From an uncultured Draconibacterium sp. (GTDB lineage Bacteria; Bacteroidota; Bacteroidia; Bacteroidales; FEN-979), in NCBI GenBank assembly GCA_964628215.1, contig CAZVNF010000003.1, positions 1-54,322 on the forward strand: a stretch of 54,322 nt of DNA, given 5' to 3'. Each line of letters starts with the position of its first letter. Position 1 is the stretch's first letter. The notes under the pieces were generated by a model. That model saw only the letters and a list, made by a program, of their open reading frames with translations, was not told the DNA's origin and did not search any database. Made by a program: the position numbers and the translations under genes. This document shows positions 49,049 through 54,322 of the stretch, piece after piece.

Positions 49049-50287
49049 ATGATTACCAAGGTAAAGTTAAGATTTAAGAATATATCCGATAACAGGCATA
49101 GCCTGTACCTCGATTTTTATCCCCCGATCCTCCATCCCGAAACGGACAAACCCACCCGCAGGGAGTTCCTGAACCTATTCCTGTTCAATGAAAATGAGAC
49201 TGAAGAACAAATGTACCTGGATAAAAATGGCAAGGAAAAGAAGCGATTGATCCCTCTTGTGGGAAAGAAGGGTGAGCCCAAAAAAATCAGGTTGAACCCG
49301 ATTGATAAAAAGCATAATGAGGAAACCCTGCAGATTGCTGAACAGATCAGGCAGAAAAGGGATAATCAACTGAATAAGCCGGAAATATATACCGGATACG
49401 AGAAGGCCCAGTTAAAGATCAGGGAAATGGAGAATACCTCCTTTTTAGAATATTTTTGTGAACTGAAGGATAAAAGGAAGGCCTCCAACCATGATAACTG
49501 GGTTTCGGCTTATCATTACCTAGAAAAATTCACCGGCGGAAAATTAAAGTTTGTTGATCTTGATGAAAAATTCTGCAATGATTTCAAGGATTACCTGTGC
49601 AATACATCCAGTAACCGAAGCGAAAAAGTAAAACTTTCTCAAAATTCAGCCTTTTCCTATTTCAACAAATTTAAAGCAACGCTTAAACAGGCGCACAAAG
49701 ACGGATTTCTCCGCTATAATTTAAATGCCAGGATCGATCGTATTAAGGAAGCTGAAACCCATCGGAATTTCTTAACCCTGGAAGAATTAAATAACCTGAT
49801 ACAGAAGGATTGTCTTAACCCTCTTTTAAAAAATGCAGCCTTATTCTCTGCACTCACCGGATTCCGATTTGGGGATATTGCAAAGCTTACATGGGGTGAA
49901 GTGGAATTTATCAAGGGTAACGGGTACTTTATCCAATTCACCCAGCAAAAGACAAATGGCGTAGAAATGATGCCAATCTCTGAACAAGCTTATAACCTGA
50001 TGGGGGAGCGCACAGAGCCAAATCAAAAAGTTTTCAATGGGCTTACCTATTCTGCTTATTCCAATAAACATTTAGCCCAATGGATCGGGTCTGCCGGGAT
50101 CACAAAGAATATAACATTTCATTGTTTCAGGCATACCTACGCAACATTGCAGCTAAGCAATGGAACAGATTTTTACACTGTTTCAAAAATGCTTGGACAC
50201 CGGGATCCAAGAACGACCCAGGTTTATACCAAGATTATAAACCAGGCCAAACGTGATGCCACAGACAAAATAGTATTAAAATTTTAG
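49049..50287 (+). CDS. tyrosine-type site-specific integrase
   Basis: 412-aa ORF with a Bacteroidota-style N-terminal arm-binding region (KVKLRFKNISDNRHSLYLDFYPP). Catalytic residues are visible: LTGFRFGD (Arg), HCFRHTYA (HxxR) and GHRDPRTTQVYTK (Tyr). Confidence 0.92.
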   Translation: MITKVKLRFKNISDNRHSLYLDFYPPILHPETDKPTRREFLNLFLFNENETEEQMYLDKNGKEKKRLIPLVGKKGEPKKIRLNPIDKKHNEETLQIAEQIRQKRDNQLNKPEIYTGYEKAQLKIREMENTSFLEYFCELKDKRKASNHDNWVSAYHYLEKFTGGKLKFVDLDEKFCNDFKDYLCNTSSNRSEKVKLSQNSAFSYFNKFKATLKQAHKDGFLRYNLNARIDRIKEAETHRNFLTLEELNNLIQKDCLNPLLKNAALFSALTGFRFGDIAKLTWGEVEFIKGNGYFIQFTQQKTNGVEMMPISEQAYNLMGERTEPNQKVFNGLTYSAYSNKHLAQWIGSAGITKNITFHCFRHTYATLQLSNGTDFYTVSKMLGHRDPRTTQVYTKIINQAKRDATDKIVLKF

Positions 50288-50320
50288 CTTTCCGCACCCA
50301 CTATATATCCCAAAATCCTT

Positions 50321-51247
50321 ATGAAAACCAATGCATTGGATAAATGCCTGAATATACTTTCCTTTCAACAGGACGACGACCCACAGAAAATAGAAGTACT
50401 TGCCGGGATGGATACCAACCTGCATGAAGAATTCGTCGAGCCCTTCAGGAGGGAGCTTGGGTTAAATCTGTTGACAAAATCCACATTCCAGGAGAAGAAG
50501 GATCTACTCATGTTTTACATCGATGAACTCGACAGGGTAATCGTTATTCCTAAAAAATTTGAAGATATTGAACCCGTACGTCTCGATATCGATGAACTAT
50601 ATTATCCTATTTGGTACAAAGGGCAGGATGTATCGGATGATCTGGGAATCTCAGAAGTAAGGGCCCACTATCTCTTTTCATTACTTTTCGTGGTAATCCA
50701 GGACTATTGCATTCTGTACAACATCCCATTTCTGGAAATTTGCAATGACCGTTTTTTCATCCTGGAAACGATCAACCTCAGCCCAACAAGAGAACGCGAA
50801 GAACTGACAGGCATAATTATACCAACACCAAAGGAACGGGAACCTGCCATGCCGGTTATCAAACCTATCTTTGTTAACGAATCGATATCTGAAATTTATG
50901 AGATCCTGCGGGATTTTTTTTCTCCGGAAGATCAAATTGAGTTTTATGCGCTGCTGAAGGGCGGCGAGAATGCTCCTAAACCTTTGTTATTCCTTGGCTC
51001 CGGAAACCGGCTGGCGGATGCATTCAAACAATTATACGATTGCGATATCATCAGAGGTTGCCAGAAGAAGGAACTTGAATACTGGATTAGCATTAATTTT
51101 TCATACCGTTACCGGAATAAACTGAAAACATACACACTGCCTTATCTGAGCGAAATCATGTCAACCAGAAAAGATAAGTGTCAAAAGCCTGTTCTGAACA
51201 TCATACTCGAAAAAGCGACGGGAACCTATCTTATCTGCAAAATATAA
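50321..51247 (+). CDS. hypothetical protein of the mobile element (possible regulator with RteC-like C-terminal module; unverified)
   Basis: 308-aa ORF with no catalytic motif. The C-terminal segment LFLGSGNRLADAFKQLYDCDIIRG.QKKELEYWISINFSY loosely follows the W/F-x-GS...L...F..L pattern of RteC-type C-terminal domains, as I recall them. Confidence 0.45.
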   Translation: MKTNALDKCLNILSFQQDDDPQKIEVLAGMDTNLHEEFVEPFRRELGLNLLTKSTFQEKKDLLMFYIDELDRVIVIPKKFEDIEPVRLDIDELYYPIWYKGQDVSDDLGISEVRAHYLFSLLFVVIQDYCILYNIPFLEICNDRFFILETINLSPTREREELTGIIIPTPKEREPAMPVIKPIFVNESISEIYEILRDFFSPEDQIEFYALLKGGENAPKPLLFLGSGNRLADAFKQLYDCDIIRGCQKKELEYWISINFSYRYRNKLKTYTLPYLSEIMSTRKDKCQKPVLNIILEKATGTYLICKI

Positions 51248-51322
51248 AATCTTAACCGGGTTTTGACCATGTTGCTCCCAACCATATTGTAACCCTGCTA
51301 ACCGTCCCGGTAACATTGCTGC

Positions 51323-51694
51323 ATGTTTCACAAATTAAACATGTACGCAATGGAAATGACATTTGAAAAATTACCTGAAGCTGTAAGCCAGTTATTTGAT
51401 AAACTGGAAATCATTGAACAGCTGTTACTTTCAAAAAGTAACACTCCCCTACCCGAAGCCGACCAATTATTAACAATCAAGCAGGCCGCTGCAATCCTCC
51501 ATTTGTCGGTCCCTACCGTTTATGGTTTGGTACAACGGAAAGAAGTTCCCGTTTGTAAACGAGGCAACCGCTTGTATTTTTCCCACCAGGAGCTTACCGG
51601 ATGGATCAAATCCGGCAGGAAAAAGACCAATTCCGAGATTGAGGCCGTTGCGGACGCCTATATTTCTGTGAAAAAGAATCGGAGATCCTTTTAA
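51323..51694 (+). CDS. excisionase-family helix-turn-helix DNA-binding protein
   Basis: The ORF encodes ...MTFEKLPEAVSQLFDKLEIIEQLL...LLTIKQAAAILHLSVPTVYGLVQRKEVPVCKRGNRLYFSHQELTGWI. The true start may be one of the in-frame ATGs at 51341, 51350 or 51356. Confidence 0.8.
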   Translation: MFHKLNMYAMEMTFEKLPEAVSQLFDKLEIIEQLLLSKSNTPLPEADQLLTIKQAAAILHLSVPTVYGLVQRKEVPVCKRGNRLYFSHQELTGWIKSGRKKTNSEIEAVADAYISVKKNRRSF

Positions 51695-51786
51695 CCGAAC
51701 ATCCAAACCCGTTTTCAATTCACAGAATATATTCATGTGCCAGGCATATCAACCAGTGTTGATTGCCCGGGCAAATAACCTCTCGG

Positions 51787-52974
51787 ATGAAAAAACAAAA
51801 GAACACAGAAGAAACAACTTCCGAAAATAGAAAACCTCTGGCGATTGTAGAGGTTCAGGAAGCGCTTAAGGACTGGTATGACCTTCGGTTTAACGAAATC
51901 ACCGGCGTTGTCGAAGGGCGTAAAAAGGGGGAACCGGATTACAAAGTGCTCAATGAGAACAATCTCTTCATCCAATTACTGACAAATGGTTACCGGATTT
52001 CGTTTGGAAACCTTTGCGCGTTGCTCAATTCGGAGTTTGTTGAGACTTACAATCCATTTAAACATTACCTGGCAGGGCTGCCTGCCTGGAATCCCGGTGA
52101 CAGGGACTATATCGAAGAACTGGCAAACCATGTGACAGCCATAGATCAGGAACAGTTTAACCACCATTTTAAAAAAATGTTTGTCCGTATGATCTCCTGT
52201 GCCATCGATGATCGATCCTTTAATAAACATGCCTTTATCCTGGTGGGACACGTACAGCATACCGGTAAAAGCACCTACTGCCGGTACTTTTGTCCACCAG
52301 CTCTCCACAATTATTATACTGAGTCACTTCCAGGAGACAAAGACGGGTTGATCAGCCTGTGTGAAAACATCATTATCAACCTGGATGAACTAAGTTCCCG
52401 CACTAAATTCGAACTTAATCAGCTGAAAAGCCTTTTTTCCAAAGACAGTGTAAGGGTTCGTCATCCTTTTGCACGTAAAGCGCAAACTGATCCCCGCAGG
52501 GCTTCATTTGTCGGATCAACGAATGAAGATACATTCCTCACCGATACTACGGGGAGCGTACGATGGCTGTGTTTTGAGATTGAGAAAATCAACTTTGCCT
52601 ATTATGATATCCCGATAGACCTGGTTTGGAGCCAGGCATACTCCCTTTACAAGAGTGGTTTCAAATTTCAGCTGACGCGAGAAGAAATAAAGGAGAATGA
52701 AACCCGGAATCAGCAGTTCCAGCAGAATAGTGTAGAGTATGAATACATCCAAAAATATCTGACACCCGGGACAGATTTCGACAACGATGCCTTCAGAACT
52801 GCCAGTGAAATCAGAGATTATTTGTACTCCATGTCAGATCGCAGAGCGGAGTTGAGAAGTGTTGAAAAAGTTGGGAAAGCGCTTGTTCAACTGGGTTTTC
52901 CGAAGGGCTCTAAAAGAGTTCAGGGAAACGCGTTTCCGGTTTATGGCTATTTTATTAAGGAACAAAATGTTTAA
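51787..52974 (+). CDS. VirE/VapE-family P-loop NTPase (primase-associated helicase-like)
   Basis: I chose the ATG at 51787 (MKKQKNTEE...) because the track start at 51763 is TTG. Walker A is VGHVQHTGKST and Walker B is IIINLDEL. The layout is typical of virulence-associated E proteins of Bacteroidota elements. Confidence 0.75.
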   Translation: MKKQKNTEETTSENRKPLAIVEVQEALKDWYDLRFNEITGVVEGRKKGEPDYKVLNENNLFIQLLTNGYRISFGNLCALLNSEFVETYNPFKHYLAGLPAWNPGDRDYIEELANHVTAIDQEQFNHHFKKMFVRMISCAIDDRSFNKHAFILVGHVQHTGKSTYCRYFCPPALHNYYTESLPGDKDGLISLCENIIINLDELSSRTKFELNQLKSLFSKDSVRVRHPFARKAQTDPRRASFVGSTNEDTFLTDTTGSVRWLCFEIEKINFAYYDIPIDLVWSQAYSLYKSGFKFQLTREEIKENETRNQQFQQNSVEYEYIQKYLTPGTDFDNDAFRTASEIRDYLYSMSDRRAELRSVEKVGKALVQLGFPKGSKRVQGNAFPVYGYFIKEQNV

Positions 52975-52980
52975 TATTCA

Positions 52981-53127
52981 CTTACTACACTTACTACATT
53001 ATGTTGTTTATCAATATTATCAAGGGTTTTCATTGTAGTAAGTGTTTCAATGAATCCTACTACAACCTACTACACAGCTTCATGTTTTAATGGATGTAGT
53101 AAGATAGTAAGTGTAGTTGCCAACTAC
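52981..53127. repeat. iteron-like array of a 9-mer with TACTACA core, in both orientations
   Basis: The copies are:
- CTTACTACA at 52981-89 and 52990-98
- TGTAGTAAG at 53034-42 and 53095-103
- CCTACTACA at 53056-64 and 53066-74
- ATAGTAAG at 53104-11
- the palindrome GTAGTTG-c-CAACTAC at 53113-27. Confidence 0.85.
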
Positions 53128-53202
53128 TTCAATAAGATAAAAATGTTCTATTTTTTTTAATCATCAGAATAACAGTCGAATATACTGAAAAACAAAATCC
53201 CA

Positions 53203-54048
53203 ATGAATATCTCAGAGGCGAGGAAAACTCATTTAATGGACTACCTGAATCAAAACGGACACAAGCCCATCAAAATCCAGTATGGAAATGCGTGGTTCAT
53301 CAGTCCCATGCGCCAGGAGAAGACTCCCAGCTTTAAAGTGCATCTATCCAGGAATGTCTGGTACGATTTCGGGAGCGGCGAAGGAGGCAATTTAATAGAC
53401 CTGGTTATGAAATTGCACCATACAAGCTTCAGGGAAACCATTGATATTATTGGTGGAAGGTCCTTCTCGTCTGTAAACTATATCCAGTCCTGCCCTGCGG
53501 ATGAATCGGGCAAAATAAAGATTGATCGCATACAATCGTTGAACAATCCGGTTTTGATTCAATATCTGAAATCACGTGCAATTGCACTTGCGTTTGCCCA
53601 CCTGTTTCTGCAAGAAGCCTTTTATACCGTCCATGACAGGAAGTACTTCGCCCTGGCTTTTAAAAATGATAAAGACGGTTATGAATTGCGAAACGCTTTC
53701 TTTAAAACAGGTTCGAGTCCAAAATACTTTACCACCATTCCCGGCGCCGATAATTCCATTTTAAATGTGTTTGAGGGATTCATGGATTTTTTATCCTGCT
53801 GCACCTATTATAACAAGACCCCCAGGTTCCGGACGATTGTTTTAAACTCATTATCTTTTTTGCCACGGATCGGTTCTGAATTGGAACAAGCCAGGGAAGT
53901 AAACCTGTTCCTGGACAATGATCCGGCTGGGATGGCGGCATCTGAAAAGATCGTTAGCAAATGCGATCAGGTCAAAGACTGGGCGCCGGTCATTTACCCG
54001 GATCATAAAGACTTCAATGAATTTTTGATGAACAGCGGTGTCCGATAA
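53203..54048 (+). CDS. Toprim-domain DNA primase-like protein with degenerate (ligand-less) CHC2 zinc-finger region
   Basis: 281-aa ORF. SPMRQEKTPSFKV...WYDFGSGEGGNLIDL aligns with the CHC2 finger consensus C-P-F-H-x-EKTPSF...C-F-G-C-G, but all four ligands are replaced. Toprim residues are present: NVFEGFMDF (Glu) and LFLDNDPAG (DxD). Confidence 0.8.
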   Translation: MNISEARKTHLMDYLNQNGHKPIKIQYGNAWFISPMRQEKTPSFKVHLSRNVWYDFGSGEGGNLIDLVMKLHHTSFRETIDIIGGRSFSSVNYIQSCPADESGKIKIDRIQSLNNPVLIQYLKSRAIALAFAHLFLQEAFYTVHDRKYFALAFKNDKDGYELRNAFFKTGSSPKYFTTIPGADNSILNVFEGFMDFLSCCTYYNKTPRFRTIVLNSLSFLPRIGSELEQAREVNLFLDNDPAGMAASEKIVSKCDQVKDWAPVIYPDHKDFNEFLMNSGVR

Positions 54049-54118
54049 ACTCATTCCAGGTACCCTACCATTCCCTTCATTTTTCTCTTACGAATTTAGT
54101 AGATGTCAATAATCAATG

Positions 54119-54166
54119 ATAGGGGATCATTCTGATTCCGGCTTCATGATCCATGGCCTCCCCTAT
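54119..54166 (+). other. bulged inverted repeat followed by T-run (primase-gene terminator and/or protein-binding site)
   Basis: ATAGGGGATCAT (54119-30) pairs with ATGATC (54146-51) and CCCCTAT (54160-66), followed by TTTTT. The TAGGGGA motif recurs at 54191-97, and TAGGGCG occurs at 54291-97. Confidence 0.5.
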
Positions 54167-54265
54167 TTTTATTGGAATGCCATTGGTTTGTAGGGGAGCA
54201 AATCCTTTAACTATCTGAATTTCATACTCTCCAAAACATAGTCAATTCATATACCCCTAAAAAAA

Positions 54266-54289
54266 CGAAAAGTGCAATTGCATTTTTCG
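54266..54289. promoter_or_regulatory. 24-bp near-perfect palindrome CGAAAAgTGCAATTGCAtTTTTCG (candidate operator / oriT-type site)
   Basis: Read directly. Only the 7th position of each half breaks the dyad. There are no loop nucleotides, which fits dimeric protein binding better than an RNA hairpin. Confidence 0.5.
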
Positions 54290-54322
54290 ATAGGGCGGGG
54301 CGTGCACTCTGTGAGGATTTGA

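Larger units (their letters stand above)
48313..54322. mobile_element. left portion of an integrative (mobilizable/conjugative-type) element; right end outside window
   Basis: A co-directional block encodes a Zn-ribbon/HTH protein, a tyrosine integrase, an orphan ORF, an excisionase-like HTH protein, a VirE/VapE-type P-loop protein and a Toprim primase. This module is typical of Bacteroidota integrative elements. It starts directly after the mnmE terminator. The exact left boundary, somewhere in 48313-48476, is not determinable. Confidence 0.75.

Noticed and set aside
53001-53090. 29-aa ORF (MLFINIIKGFHCSKCFNESYYNLLHSFMF) within the iteron region
   Set aside because: It is very short, its sequence is dictated by the repeat units it crosses, and no promoter or translation signals are recognisable.

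Overview
This window looks like a Bacteroidota-type chromosomal segment. Three peptidases carry T9SS C-terminal sorting domains, TAnnTTTG -7 promoter motifs sit upstream of several genes, Shine-Dalgarno sequences are not obvious, and the gene families are typical of the phylum. From 1 to about 48.3 kb the content is mostly housekeeping:
- an alpha-oxoamine synthase
- dapA and lon
- L31 type B
- serC-serA-DUF1015
- prmC and yigZ
- dnaA with a 393-bp AT-rich upstream region
- an ABC-2 exporter pair
- fabG, sucD and mnmE

The segment also holds three T9SS-tailed peptidases (M14 and two tandem M1 paralogs). A tightly packed minus-strand glycogen cluster contains a GH133-type debranching enzyme, a GT4, a GH57 and a 1416-aa GT3 glycogen synthase::GT35 phosphorylase fusion.

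From about 48.3 kb to the window end lies the left part of an integrative mobile element. It encodes a Zn-ribbon/HTH protein, a tyrosine integrase, an orphan ORF, an excisionase-like HTH protein, a VirE/VapE-type P-loop protein and a Toprim primase. Its cargo and right end are outside the window.

I did not find a clear multi-gene novel system (defence, toxin or similar). The most unusual signals are non-coding:
1. A roughly 205-bp inverted repeat built from tandem 15-mers between divergent sucD and mnmE. It is related to ATTCGT-type heptad microsatellites at two other nearby junctions.
2. A dense bidirectional array of a TACTACA-core 9-mer between the VirE-like and primase genes of the element.
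3. Short direct repeats at the element's left boundary, and palindromes after the primase gene.

All functional calls come from motifs read in the supplied translations. No database search was run.
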